The notes beneath the pieces are model-generated. The model did no database searches. It saw only the letters and a list, made by a program, of their open reading frames with translations, and had not been told where the DNA came from. From Mytilus edulis (taxonomy: Eukaryota): a stretch of 64,000 nucleotides of DNA. The translations under genes and the position numbers were made by a program. The first letter of the stretch is position 1. Each line of letters starts with the position of its first letter. Of this stretch, positions 50,369-64,000 are shown piece by piece. The DNA is taken from assembly GCF_963676685.1 (NCBI RefSeq), contig NC_092349.1, forward strand, positions 33,728,001-33,792,000, read 5' to 3'.

Positions 50369-52099
50369 ACACCTATTGTTTAAAGATCTTTATGAAATTG
50401 CAATCCATTACTTTCTTTAGCTTTGCGTTAATTTATAGAACTTTATACGGAAACAGGAAAGTGGAAAGAAACTTTATACCTTAATACACAACATATAAAT
50501 AAACGTAGGAACATGCGTTCCGTACTTTATACTACGTGTGACGTAATACACAAGTTATTCATAAACAAGAACACGTAACGTTACATTTGGCGCGCTATAC
50601 TGAAACTAAGTATAAACAAATACAAAATGAATAATTACACATATAAATAGAGTCGATATATAGATTTAAAGAAGTCAGCATATAATATAAGGTCAAAGTA
50701 AGCTATTTCTTCTGTAAAATACGAATCCGAACACAACAACGGACATCTGCGTGTATCGATCAAGTGTGGAACGGAGACAACAGTAAAAATATCAGCTTTC
50801 AAATCACCGGAGCGAAACAATATATCAGAAAATATAATAAAAATATTGTATTTAACATCTGTTGAAAACATCATTTATTTAGTCAGGGGCGTTACTTACA
50901 CAAACCATCTATTTTATTTACTCATATAGGTAATTTTTGCTTTTAAAAATTATAAGATTACTCAATATCACCCTAAAAAATATAGAGATGAAATGTTACT
51001 TTAAGACTAATGACAAATATAGGACTTGCATAAATTATTTTATACATATTTGAAAGAAAATTACAAACTATTACATACGTTATCTATTTGGGTTACAAAT
51101 TATAGATAACTTCGAGTCTTTATTTAATCAGCAGTTAATATCTGTTTATATCTGTCGACCTTCAAATTTTAGGAAAATTATATTTTAAAGTCTCAGGAGA
51201 CAAATGTTTTACATAGAAGCGTCGATGTGAAGACAAGTGCGTGAGCGAAGCAGTAGGTGTTTCGTGAGGATAAATCTTGTTTTATATTTTAAGGGGAAAT
51301 GTACCATATGTGACTGTGAAACTTTGTTGATGATTTTAAAAACTGATGATTAGACACCTTTAAAAATAATATTAAGAAAACTTTGAAAAATACAGAATAT
51401 TTGTCCGTTGTAAAAGGAATTTCCCGCGCAAATCGGAAAACGTCACGTGTTACATGTATTACGCGTATATTTATGGTATCTTCGCTTGGTGTACAATTGG
51501 TTTGGTAAATAATTGTCATATTATTCCTTGTCTTTTTCTCAATACGGAATAAATTCATGTCTTGGTTTCAGTGCATATATGGTTTAGTCGACTTTAAAAG
51601 AAATGATATTCACTTTGACCCTTTGGCCGTTGGCTATAGTCCTCAGTGAATATCTATTTTTCAAAAATCAATTAAACTGTTTTTTCACTTGATCAAAAGA
51701 CAGTATTATTATGTTATTCGATAATACTGAACTATGAGAATAATCTTCAATTTATAGAATACACGGCGTTGTTAAGAAATGCGGATTTATGCATAGAGTA
51801 GAAGATTATTCGTCCAGCTTGTAAAATTTTTTGTTAACATAACAATCCACCATCGTTACCTAAGCTCTAATGATAGAGTTATCATGCATAGAGGACTGTG
51901 TTGTGTTAACAGTATACAGACAATTTCTGTTTTTCCTGACCAACAACAAACATTGTTAGAGATTAAGACAAAAAACATAACTTTTGATTTCATCTTTTTA
52001 TGTTTACATCTACAAACTTATGTATAAAGAGTAGTCTAAAGCATTTAACAGATAAGTATTCCAACCTCCCTTTTGAAAAGGAACAGTTCCATGAATTTA

Positions 52100-52352
52100 G
52101 TAATCAAAGGTACCAGGCTTATGATTAGAAGCGCGTTATGTCTACACCATAGTCATCAATGACGCACAGTTAAAAATAATAGTTAGAAAGCCAATTAATT
52201 ATGAAGTTGAAGACCAAAAATTCAAAAAAATTATTCACAAATACGGCTCCAGTAAGCTCTGTCTGGGATAACAAAATCCTTAGTATTTCGAATAATTTTT
52301 GCTTCTGTAAACAGTCAATTTATAAATTTCCCATATAATTGATGTTCATGTC
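52100..52352 (-). repeat. Decayed retrozyme-like unit
   Basis: Reverse complement resembles the 355-bp unit (ATCAAAGGTACCAGG, GCGCGTT..GTCTAC, TCATCA.TGACGC, AAAATCCTTAGT). Confidence 0.6.
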
Positions 52353-52414
52353 AGACGGCTTAGACAATTCTTAAAATTTAATGTACACAAATATGTACAA
52401 ATTAGTTTTAAACC

Positions 52415-52750
52415 AAGAGGCTCCTAACTTCGGAAAAGCGCAAACATACGGCGGGGCTAAACATGATTTTTGGGATCTCAACACTCTCCCTATACCTCTA
52501 GCTAATGTATAAAAGTAAACGCATAACAATGCGCACAGTAAAATTCAGTTCAAGAGAAGCCCGAGTCCGATGTCAGAAGAGGTAACAAAAGAAAATAAAC
52601 AAAATGGCAAAAATATATAAATGACAACAGATTACTAGCAGTTACTGACATTCCAGCTTCAGACCTCAATTAAACTGCTTGAAAGATTATGTTTCCATCA
52701 TATGAATATCAAACACAATCCCTCCCGTTAGGTGTTTAGTATTATACCAT
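52415..52750. repeat. Partial copy of the 16125/31608 repeat family
   Basis: AAATTCAGTTCAAGAGAAG.CCGAGTC.GATGTCAGAAGA block. Confidence 0.75.
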
Positions 52751-53589
52751 TTGTTGATATAACGTAACGAGTAGGAACACTTTTTGCTTTTATAGAACGT
52801 ATTACATTGATGAAACCGATCAATCTCAAGTGGCACCCACTGTGTTACTAGAAAAAAGAAAGTTGGAGTGCTTAAACTAATAGTACAAGTCAAACGTACC
52901 GTTGTGCGATCTACAATGGTGGACTTATCCTGGTATTACCCAAACCTAAACAATAACAACATCCAATCGGTACAACTTTAACCCACCTAGATATCCGCCC
53001 GTTATTATCAGTTATACGAATCTGTTTGGGAACTATAGAAATGGAGATGTTAAGATCGCGTCTTTAAAGAAGTAGCAGTTTGACCCGTGATGTCATGTGT
53101 ATATCCATGTGCTGTGTTGTGACATTTTATAAAAAACTAGACATTTATCATGTAATGTTGTGTCAAATGTTATTTAATGAATATTTTTCCGAAGGTGGGG
53201 CTCGTGTTGTTTATTGTTTAGTTTTCTATGTTGTGTCATGCGTGCTATTGTTTGTCTGTTTGTCCTTTTCATTTCTTGCCATGGCGTTGTCAGTTTATTT
53301 TTGATATACGAGTTTGAGTGTTCCTCTGGTATCTTTCTTCCCTCTTTTCAAACTATTCGTACAAACTATTGTTTTCTGCCTGGACTAACAAAAGCCACAA
53401 AGTCACTTACCAATAGCAGAAAAAATTGGTACCGTTAATGTTATTCCACTAACATCAGACTTAAACATGGGCTTAAACCACTTTATAAGGACATATTGCT
53501 CGTACATGACCAATTTGACTACATTTGAAACACTTTTGTTAACGTTTTCACACACACTTCCAAGTACTTCTTGACAAATTTAGACAAAA

Positions 53590-54574
53590 CTTTAAACCAG
53601 GAAATTTTCGCGCCGTCTTTATTTCGCGATTAATCAAGTCAACCTAGATTCGCACCGTTTCGAATCATTATAGCAATACTGACACTATGATGCTTGATAT
53701 AGATCATTTGCTTGTTCAATATGTAACGGATAAACGTGATGTACTTGATTTACCCTTAAATAAGTCTGCTTTGATGATATTTAATGTTTTAGTGCTCATA
53801 GACATGCATCCGTTTAAGATGCGCTGCACAGAGCCAACATTAAAGTAGTGCATTATCAAGCTGGATGTACAGACCAGTAACACCCGCTTGATTTACGTGT
53901 CATCAACGTGTATAAAGATATTTTAATAACACACTTTCAAGATTGGTATGCAGACGAAGTTGGAACATTTTTACAAAAAGAAAAAAACTTTGAAATTGAC
54001 ATAAGACTAAGTGTTATTAAATCAATTCACGCCCGCTGGCCAATGATAACACGAAACGATTAGAAATAAGCAAAGACCTTATTCGTAGCTCTTTTGAAGC
54101 GGCAGGAATAAAAGTTAATCAATAAATCCTTTGATCTGCGTGACAGTTAAAATGTACAATGTGCTAATCGGTATTTAATCGATTTACAGCTGTACCCAAC
54201 TGTTATGTGTGTTGTTTTTATATCAATTTTATCAGTGTCGTAATTAGACTTGAGATAAATTTTGATCCATTTGTCTTTAATATCTAATATTTGTTTCTTT
54301 ATCAAATGTCTGTGTATATAGACTTTTAGAATCGAGAGTCAGGTAGTGTCATTTAAAAAGTTGTTTTTATATTTGTCGTCGACACGTTCTATTTTTTTAA
54401 CACGTGCTTTGAGTAGATTTTGTTTATGACTATGCTTAAAAATAGGTACGAAAAACATCTTTTCAATTTTAATATTCGCGGTATTTTTTTATTTTTTATT
54501 TTTTTTGACGTACCAACTGCTACCGCAAAAAGAGCGAAAATAAAACTACCGCAAAATTTGGCCAGTTAACAGTA
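53590..54574 (+). mobile_element. pogo/Tigger-like DNA transposon remnant
   Basis: AGCTDQ*HPLDL..INVYK..L..HFQDWYADEV..IDIRLSVIKSIHARW (53860-54045) resembles the QPLD region of pogo DDE transposases. Ends ...TTAACAG|TA. Confidence 0.55.
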
Positions 54575-54893
54575 CTTCAAAGCATGAACTAACAAAATCA
54601 GAATATTTCAAACCTTTTCATCAGTTTCACTTTCAATACTTTCAATAACTGTCCCAATGGTATCTTTCGTCCCTCTTTTTCAAACCTGAAATTGCCAGTT
54701 GTATGACAAACTGTTTCGTAATCAAGTGCCAAAAATATTGCATCATTCAAACAATTTGATTTTTTCAAAGCGACATGTTTCCCTTTTTCACTATTCACGA
54801 TTCGATTTTATAATCACTAAACCAACTAAAAAAAATACAATTCAAATCAAAATTAAAAACTAATTGTTCTTTAATCAATTGTTCAGAGAACAA

Positions 54894-55294
54894 TGAATGG
54901 TCTTTCCACCCGAAACTAGATATTTATTGATACAAAAATATTCAAATCCGGTTTGAAATGCAATTTCCAGTGTCATATGATAGCTTATTTTATGCCAATT
55001 AAAAAAATATATGGTTTCTATACTTAAAAAAAAAAGGATATAATTTGTTACTTGCGGTTTGCAGAATGTCATTTTAAGTATAATTGGATAGTTGAATGGT
55101 CTTTCCACCCGAAACTAGATATATATTGATACAAAAATATTCAAATCCGGTTTGAAATGCAATTTCCAGTATCATATGATAGCTTATTTTATGCCAATTT
55201 AAAAAATATATGGTTTCTATACTTTAAAAAAAAAGGATATAATTTGTTACTTGCGGTTTGCAGAATGTCATTTTAAGTATAATTGGATAGTTGA
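54894..55294. repeat. Tandem duplication, 199-bp unit x 2
   Basis: TGAATGGTCTTTCCACCCGAAACTAG at 54894 and 55093. Near identical. Confidence 0.9.
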
Positions 55295-57984
55295 CACTGA
55301 TTCCAAAAATTCATGGATCTATATACCTTTATATTCAATATGTCAAAGAAAGCTTCATTCTGGTTTTCACATGGTCACATATTGTACATGTTTGATTTTT
55401 CAGGTTTATATGGCTTACAAACTAATCTTAAAAGTCTTATGACTTTATCACGTATGAATAAGAAGTAAAAGCAAAGGTTAGAAAATAGAACGTCAAATCA
55501 GCTTTGACCTTTGATCCTAACTTCACTGTCATAAATTTAACCGCACAATACTAGGAATAAAATTTAAAAAAAAAGAATAAACAAATGACAACAAAGCAAC
55601 AAGCAAACCTAAACACGTTGAATAAAGCTTCTATTCAAAATAAGAAAAGAACAAGCAATTACACAAAAGATGAACGAAACAAGTAGGAATAAAGAACTGT
55701 ACAAAGAAAAAAAAATTAAAATATAACAATAAACAGAACAAAAAGTTTAATATCAAAACCATTTCATACATTGGTTTTAACAACTTCTATGGTTTATATT
55801 ATAGAAAACAGAAACTGCGAGCCGCAAAATGAAAATATTTCTTTGATATGTTGGAGATGGACAAGGAGGACATAAATAAGGTAAAACGTATTATTTGTTT
55901 ATATACTAGTATATGTATATATATATTATAAAACATGTAGTAAAAATATTCCTTTTGATTAATCGATTTTCGACTATAGGAAGATGTGGTATGGGTGCCA
56001 ATGAGACAACTCTCAATACAAGTAAAAATTTATAAATGTAAACAATTTTAGATCAAGGTACGGTCTTCAACACGAACCATTGACTCACACCGAACAGCAA
56101 GGCCCCACAAACTATTAGGGTAACTGTACCAGTGGTTTGATTCCACCAGTGTACTTTATCCGGAGGATGGAAATACGTGGTGTTTTTAGCCACCAACACA
56201 ATTTCACTAGGGGTTTTAATCCGAGTCAAGTGTAAAATATCAACCACTCTTAATAACTTTATAAAGAGAGTTTTATGAAGGCGAAATATTTTTAAAAAAA
56301 TGGGGCTTGGTTGTGTTTTTTTTTTTTTTTGGGGGGGGGGGGGGGGTGGGTGGCGGTAATTTTAATAAACTTTAACTTGCATAGCTGATTTATGTTTCCA
56401 ATGGACAAAGTAAACTAGTGTTTTTCATCCACGAAATGCTCCCACAAATGTTTTGATTCAGAAATGATTACACTAGTGATTTTGTACCTGTAATGATTGC
56501 ACTAGTTACTTTAAACCGGGATTTATTACACAAGTATTTTAGATTCATATATAAGTTTTTTAGCACTGACCTTAAACACAATATAATGCTTTATTTACGA
56601 ATTCAATTATGATAATTTTTCTAATCAAATCCATCAAATCATATGATAGTAAACAGTCACTAATTGTAATATTCATATATACTGGATTGTCGAAGTTTTT
56701 CTGTGCATTTGCGTTTTGGTTAAATTCGAAATAAAATCATATATTCTATGTCAGTATCTTTATTAATCAAACTGATTCCTTGAAAACTGTTCTAATTCAG
56801 GGAACAATAAACTGGTTATATATAAAATAAGACCATGATATCAAGATCAAACCTTTCACACTATTTACATCCAATATGTTCTATTGAAAAACAGTCACTA
56901 AGAATAAAAACTGGGTGGAATGAAATTACGCTATTATAACGACATTCAAACGGGAAAACCATATTAAGATGTCACAATAAACCATTATGCTAATATATTG
57001 TCGTATTGTCTGATGCATGTCCGAAGCAATTAAGCAGGCTTATCTCATAAACCTTGATAATAGTATGCTTATTTTTTTTATATATTGTTGTTGATTGAGT
57101 TTGCAGCAAACAAAATGAGATTAATCGTCATCTTGTAGACCATAACTTTTAAGTATTTGTGTTAGACTAAAAGGGCTACATACCATAGTGATGTCAAATC
57201 AAAAAAATCTAATAACAAGTAATTTACAGAAGGTTCATAACTTTTGATGGTCGTATATGATTAAGACTCAATCTCAAGCTGGCATATTTAGTAACAGACT
57301 AATTAGTAATAGTAAAAAAAATGTGTTTATCTTTAATCATTGAGCTAGACGCAAGGCAACGATACAATAATTTCATCATTTACACTTTCTTTTATTCTTT
57401 GTCAAGCTGGGCCTAGATTAAGGATACTAATCATGCTTATAGATGAAAATGTCATTGAGAGGATTGTATGGAAATTTTGTGTTTTCGATTTGTACAAGGG
57501 GCTAAAAGTGAACACTCAGGAAAGGAACCAAATATGTTGTTTAGATCTTAGAAAAATATCATGAGTTAGTAAAGATGTAGATGCATATAATTTAAGAATA
57601 AGCTTAATATTATGTTTTGTATTTCTTTACTTATGACAGTTTTAAAGCATCGAAAGGGCCGCTGGGAGTATAATTAGTATTGCTGCCAGTAATTCCGTAG
57701 TGACATTAATTAACGGAGCAATTTTTTTACTCAAATGTAATTAAATTTTGATTTCATTATAAAGAAAGGAATGTATTTTACTCACACACAGCTCTGCTTC
57801 CTTGTCCGTTATTCTTTGTACAGAAAATCATTTTCATATTTTCATCTCTTCCACGTGTCTATTAGATTTTTGTTTTTCAAAGGTTTAGGCCTCGAACATC
57901 ACTGAAGAGACAGTATAACTCGAAATACCTAACTAGTACAATGAAAATTATATATGTTATTACTTCCACCACTGGTTGATTGTA

Positions 57985-59495
57985 AGTCAGTCAAAGGGGG
58001 CATCATGGGAACCAATAGTGCCTCTCTTTTGGCCAACTTGTTCCTCACTTGTTATTTTGAGGCTTAATACATAGAGGAACTGCATAGGAAGAAAGATGAG
58101 GAGTTGGCAATAGCCTTTAACTTTCCATTCCGCTGAATAGACCATGTTCTCTCACTAAAAATCAAAATTCAGTGACTCTGTTAAATGCATCTATCCCTTC
58201 GAGCTAGAGATAAAGAATGCAACAGATACAGTTGATTTTGCCTCATATCTTGACTTACATCTAAAAAATGAAAACAAAAGAGATGATTTTAGCTTCCCAG
58301 TTTCCATTTCTATGAAGCGACAATCCAGCAGCACCTGCAAACGAAGTTTGTATCTCCCAATTGATACAATATTCCTAGGCTTGTATTTTATGATCATGAT
58401 TTCCTTAGAAGAAGGATGCTGCTCACAAAAAAGCTATCAAACCAAGAGTTCCAAATGGTGGATTTTAAATCATTCCTTCGTAAATATTAAGGACGTCATT
58501 ACGAGTTTTTTTACCCTTATGAATCATCAGTTTCACAGATGAAATGTTTCTAATGTTGTAAAAACTATCCTGTTCTCTTTTCGCGAACGTAACGTAACGG
58601 TACCCAAATTGCACCGAGTACCCAAATTGCCCCTATTTAGCAAAAATAGCCGCGGAAATCTTACAAGATTTTCTAGAGAATAAACAATTTGTATTTTTAT
58701 GATTTGATACTATGCACTTCTTTCAACATAGGTAAACATAAGTAGATATACAGAAAACGTTCACAGTATTTATCAACAGATGGAGTGTTTACCGAAAAAG
58801 CAAAATGTACCGAAACGTCACCATGCGACGTCATCAAAACGTCATCTTTTTAAAATTAGCAAATACAAATTGTTTTAAATATTCATTTTTTTAAATGAAG
58901 AGTAAGCATGAACAAATATCCAATTGTTCAAAATATTTGAAAAAAATAAACAAAAGCTCTGTTATTCGACTTTTGACGATGCGAATTTAAGCATGGATGC
59001 AATGAGGGTACTCCTCATTACAGAATCATTGATGGTTTGGAGGTTAGTTCAGACCATTTTTTCAACGATTCCATATGGATTAAAAATCAAATTGGTGTAC
59101 CTATATATTAAAGAAGGATACGGCTACAAAATAAACACAAAATAATTGTGTTGTCTTGATCATAAAAAACGTAGCTGAAAAAACTGTCAAAATAGGTGCA
59201 ATTTGGGTACCGTCATGTTAACCTTCCAACTTAGACTATTAACTGATTTTTGTTATAACATGAGCAACACGATGGATGCCACTAGTGGCTCATGATTTGC
59301 CTACCCTATGGGAGCACCTGAGATCACCTTCAGCTTTCAGTGGGGTTCGTATTGCCGAGTCTTAGTTTTTCTATATTGTGTCTTTTGTGCTATAATTTGT
59401 TTACTTGTCTTTTTTCTATTTAAGCCATAGTATTGTCAGTTTATCTTCGATAAAAAGAGTGTAACTGTACCTCATGTATCTTTCAGCCCTCTTTT
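57985..59495 (+). mobile_element. Decayed Penelope-like RT fragment plus 3' tail, split by a MITE
   Basis: MGTNSASLLANLFL, SYLDLHL, KRDDFSFP and VSPN/SQLI-like remnants. The tail GAGCAACACGA..GGAGCACCTGAGATCACC also occurs at 61700-61935, with parts at 53190-53350 and 42470-42590. Confidence 0.65.
58592..59218. mobile_element. TA-flanked MITE (Tc1/mariner type)
   Basis: TA|ACGTAACGGTACCCAAATTGCACC ... GGTGCAATTTGGGTACCGTCATGT|TA. Confidence 0.8.
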
Positions 59496-60839
59496 ATTAT
59501 TGTTTACTGTTTAAAAAAAAATTTTCAATATGGAATGTTTTTTCCTTACACATTGATAATTTTCCCAACCAAGATTTGACCTTATTTCTTTTATCCCGTT
59601 ATAGTTTAAATATCTCTTCTTTGTATAAGGTTACCTCGAAAAAGACATCATTTGCATAAATGTGCATCGTGTGTTGTAAAATGTGTACTGTTTATGTTAT
59701 ATCACATTATATTTATGTTATCTATATTGCAAGAAGATCAATTATCTTCAAATATGGTAAGATATTATACATATAACACGTATTACCTACAGGGATATAC
59801 ATGACTTATTTAGTTATTTCCATATTGTATAGATATAGTTATATATAAAAAAAAAAATTCAAAAGACGGCTGAGTTTTGTTTTTTTTACAGAGTCTTCTA
59901 AATGCTGTTATAACCGGGAATTTGAAAAGAATCAGACAGTGTCTTGACCAAGGCGGCACGTTTGTAGCTTCAAAGGTAGAGATTATATAATGATTTTTTT
60001 GGCCAGAAATGTACAAATAAACTCTCCATAGATACCAGGGTTACCATTTTGTATGTCAGCCAATAGTTTAGTTTACAAAAAGACTATCAGTGACGCTCGA
60101 ACACAAAATGTTAAAACAATACAAAGATGAAGGGGATATAACAGTCTTTGATGAATATTTTATAGATAGTTTTCACAGCGTACGAAATGAAAATATTTCA
60201 TTTGAGATATTGACAGATTAACAATTGATTATCAAGCAAACACTGCAGCAAATCAACTTCAGATGCGACAATACATTGCGCTATGACATCACTATCACTT
60301 AATTTTGGCAAAAGCTGTTTATCTTTTAGTACTGTTGCACAGTCGATTAATCATTGGCATTGCCTCTCTTAAAGCGGACAAATGCGGCTCTATATCATAA
60401 ATGAAACATAAAGTTGTTGGTCTTTCATTTAAACGTTTAAAGAACTTACGTCCAATCTTAATTCCTAAAGGCATTGGCGATATTTGACGATTCTGTTCTC
60501 TCTCAAGGTTTCAATTGTTCAGTGGTATTCTGTAAAATTCTGGCCTGATTTTTTCAATTCTCTCTCTAGATGGATATAGAGTATATCTACTTCATGAAAA
60601 AGAGGGATACCTTTGCCCAAAATTTTATATCCTAAATCTAACGAGTAAGTTTGTGATGCTCAATTTGAAACTCTCTACTTTTATTTCCAGTATCAAAGGT
60701 TACATGAACTGATTTAGATTTTCGTATTCTATAATACTTAAATTGTCTTCTTGAGATCATGGTTTTTAATGCCACACTTTTAAACCCGTAGACTACTATG
60801 TGCCTTTTTCATGTTACAGTACAATTATTTTTTTATCAA

Positions 60840-62330
60840 AAATTAAAAGATGTGGTTTGATTGCAAATAAGTATCTCTCCATCAGAAACCAACTGATAGA
60901 ATTAAAGATAACAACTATATGTCACCGTTTGGCCTTTAACAGTATGTTCAACCAATACCGCAATTCCATCGAAATGACAAATATAAAACATTTCAAACTA
61001 GAACATTGACCGTCTTGTTTCTGTTCAAACAATGGATGAAAAACAAATATGAAAACAGCAACAAAACGATAGCCACTTAATTTCAGGGTCCTGACATATG
61101 ACATGTGATATAAAGGATGTTAAAGAATAAAAACGCTTGCTGATGTTATACCCTCCCCCTCACATTGGAATAGGATGTAACAGTAAAATAAAAGAACAAA
61201 TTATAAAAATCATTTACACAGGGCTTAACGTAGCAGATAAATAAAGCACAAACAAAACCATAACAAAAACACATAAGTGACAGTAAAAATAAGGTAGTAC
61301 ACACTGTGACTAAAAGCAAGTTCAGAGCTAATCAGAATATCCAATTAATTAAGTGTAAATACTTCGCTAACAGTGAGAGAAAATCACGACATTGTGCAAT
61401 GCTAAATAATTGATATCGACACAGTCAGTAGAACATAAGAACGTGCGTATGTGTATAACTATAAAATATTATTTTGTTATAAGATTAATGCAAAAAAAAA
61501 AATAACTATATAATTTCCAATATTTCAAGTTATCAGAATCCTTAATTGGTTACCTTTTTGAGAAAGTGTATTGAAAGGATTGAGAAGAATTACTTTGAAC
61601 ATATCTCGGTAAAAAACATCACCGTCAACATCATGATGTGCTATCCTGTTTGTTGTTAGTCTTATACAGGTACAGCCAAACAAACAACGGATTTGTTATC
61701 TCATAAGCAACACGACGGGAGTCACATGTGGAGCAGGATCTGCTTACCATTTCGGAGCACATGAGATCACCCCTAGTTTTTGATGGGCTACGTATTGTTT
61801 ATTCTTTAGTTATCTATGTTGTTTCGTGTGTACTATTGTTTGTCTGTTTCTCCTTTTCATTTTTAGCCATGGCGTTGTCAGTTTATTTTCGATTTATGAG
61901 TTTGACTGTCCCTCTGGTATCTTTCTTCCTTCTCTTACAAACCAATATTTGTATTGATGGAAGAATTTGCTAAATGTTAACGTAATATTGGTAACGAAAA
62001 CCTTGGCTCAATGATATAATACAGTTACATAAAGATAACGTTCGATCAGAAACCTCTCCACAGACAAGGATATACTGAACGAGTTGTGGTAATCTAAAAA
62101 TAAATATACGTTAGAAAAATTAAAGTCCAAAAAGGAAAATTAAACACAGAGAACGAATAATCGTCCTTTTTCTTGTAAATTTTGGGTCAGAGTTTTCTCG
62201 TATAAACCTGAAATGACTTTATCTAGGAAAAGACAGTTAAAAAAGATTACTTGTTAAATTTCGCCTGTATATTTAAGAAATTCTTCATCATATAACTAAC
62301 ATATATCATCAAGATAGGCTGCTGAATTCA
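60840..62330 (-). mobile_element. Older copy of the 5135-6685 Penelope-like family, interrupted by another tail repeat (61690-61935)
   Basis: AAAAGATGTGGT start like 5143. TCTAGGAAA.GACAG and TATCATCAAGATA (YLDDI) remnants at 62220-62320. Confidence 0.55.
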
Positions 62331-64000
62331 TCGAGGATTCATCGAGGATTGAAATCAAAAATTGAAAATAAACTGACAAATCCATACCAAAAATACCAAA
62401 AGATAAGCAACACAACACACTAAAGTATTAGTAGTTAAATCATTAGAGATCGAGATGAAACGATTTTTTTTACGGGTTTAATGCGCAGTATGGGCCTTCA
62501 AATCTTCAGAGGATGTCTTAAGCTGAGATGAAGTGAGCATATGGTTTTAAATCTACTACTATCGCTGGAGCACACAGACCTACATGTAGAAGAATTTATA
62601 ATTTCATCTTTAAGAACTTCATTATAGTATTATTGTTATACTACTGGATGCTTACTCAGACGATACAAGCACAAACTGCCTTTCTAGTACTTGAGATCTC
62701 AGTCGTATCACGGCAATAACGATGTTATTTAAAATATAACAACCACCAGACTCAAGAAATAAGAGATTTATTTTCTACACCGACATCTGATCTAACTGAC
62801 GTTTAAAATTAAAATGAAACTAGTTTTGATGTATGTTTACGAAGTTATCGGTGATTCTGTGTTATCAAAATAGGGAGGTATAAAGTTTTCGATAAAAGAA
62901 CTATTAGATGTACTAGATAATTTGATCAAATCGATACCTCTGTTAATACATTAATTTTAAAAAAGGTGCACAAGATCTTCCTGTTTATCGTTATGCAATC
63001 ACACCTTAGGGTGACAAAAACTGTTATCATACGCAATATATAAATTTTTAATATGAAGTGCTTCATTGGTATGCCGATACCAGTTTTTAAATAGCCAATG
63101 TTTCATTTTTGATTCTTTGTATTGTAGACAGAATATTCTTTTGTGCTCAGTAGTCAAAAATGAATATACGTAAAAGTAGAAAAATTAAATAGTTTAACAA
63201 TGAATAAACTGCAATACTTTTAATTATTAATTATTTTAACAGCATGGAGACTGTGCACTACATCTTGCAGCTTGGAAAGGTCACCTGGATACAGTAAAAT
63301 TTTTAATTTTAGAGCAAAAGTTTAACCCAAATATAAAAGATAGGGTATGTACAAATTTATTTTTAGCCATCTTTCGTCCCTCTTTTATTATCAATCTTTG
63401 AGGGTACGTATTTAGACATATTTCTCGAAATAACGTGTTGACATCTTCGAAACAGATGTGTTTAAAAACATTTCCTGATGTAATCGCTCATTGATGAGGA
63501 AAATCTGATTTTTTAAATGGTAATGATTGGTGTTGTTCAAACTAAGAAAATCAATTCCTTTAAAGTTATCGATAAAATATTTATGCAATGGAGAATGCTC
63601 GATGAAATTAAACATGTTAACGAAAATCAAGGAATTTAACGAAATAAGACCTAGTCGCTAATGTTATCCCATTCTTAAAACTGTCCTCGCTGGTGATACA
63701 TTCGCTTTTTTTACGCAATTGTAATTTGAGCGAAATTTATTCACGTATGAGTTTGTTTGTTTACAATAAATGATTTAGTACGGGCATATAGGTACACTTA
63801 ATTGATATTGCTCATGTCACTCCCATATCATTTTTATGTAGAAAACACATTCGTCTGCCGTTTAGAATTGTAAGGCTTCCCAATTTGTGAGTAAATACAA
63901 CAAAACGGCTTATGTCATTACCGTTGGGTGTTCTACCTCGAATGTTTCACCGACAGAAGTCAAGGATTTGGCGTAAACAATATATATCATTTATGAAGTC

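Noticed and set aside
56315-56350. Adjacent poly-T and poly-G tracts
   Set aside because: Simple homopolymers, error-prone in assembly; no supporting context beyond a possible G-quadruplex.

Overview
AT-rich eukaryotic genomic DNA dominated by repeats. The hammerhead retrozyme-type repeat and the Penelope-type tail repeats resemble those of Mytilus-like bivalves; this is inference only. The main structure is a nested stack. A decayed AcademX-like TIR DNA transposon (7621-25368, transposase on - strand) is split by a full-length Ty3/Gypsy LTR retrotransposon (13483-24349, - strand, AGTT TSD, tRNA-Leu PBS). The Gypsy in turn carries a 1.5-kb TIR element in its 5' LTR and a repeat insertion in its body. 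In the env position the Gypsy has a third ORF encoding a two-zinc-finger protein, with a splice acceptor directly in front of its ATG, and its LTRs carry a reiterated GCCANTGCTT motif. A 355-bp tandem unit with minimal type I hammerhead ribozymes (retrozyme-like) lies at 32673-33285. It also contains a hammerhead-like motif on the opposite strand and ends at the 3' splice site of a putative host exon, which is itself split by a ~910-bp insertion. Candidate exons of an unidentified + strand host gene with a signal-peptide-like N-terminus run from ~3590 to ~41555. The rest is Penelope-like RT remnants, a second decayed Academ-like element, Ginger- and pogo-like remnants, MITEs and local tandem duplications. 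All calls were made by eye, without database searches.
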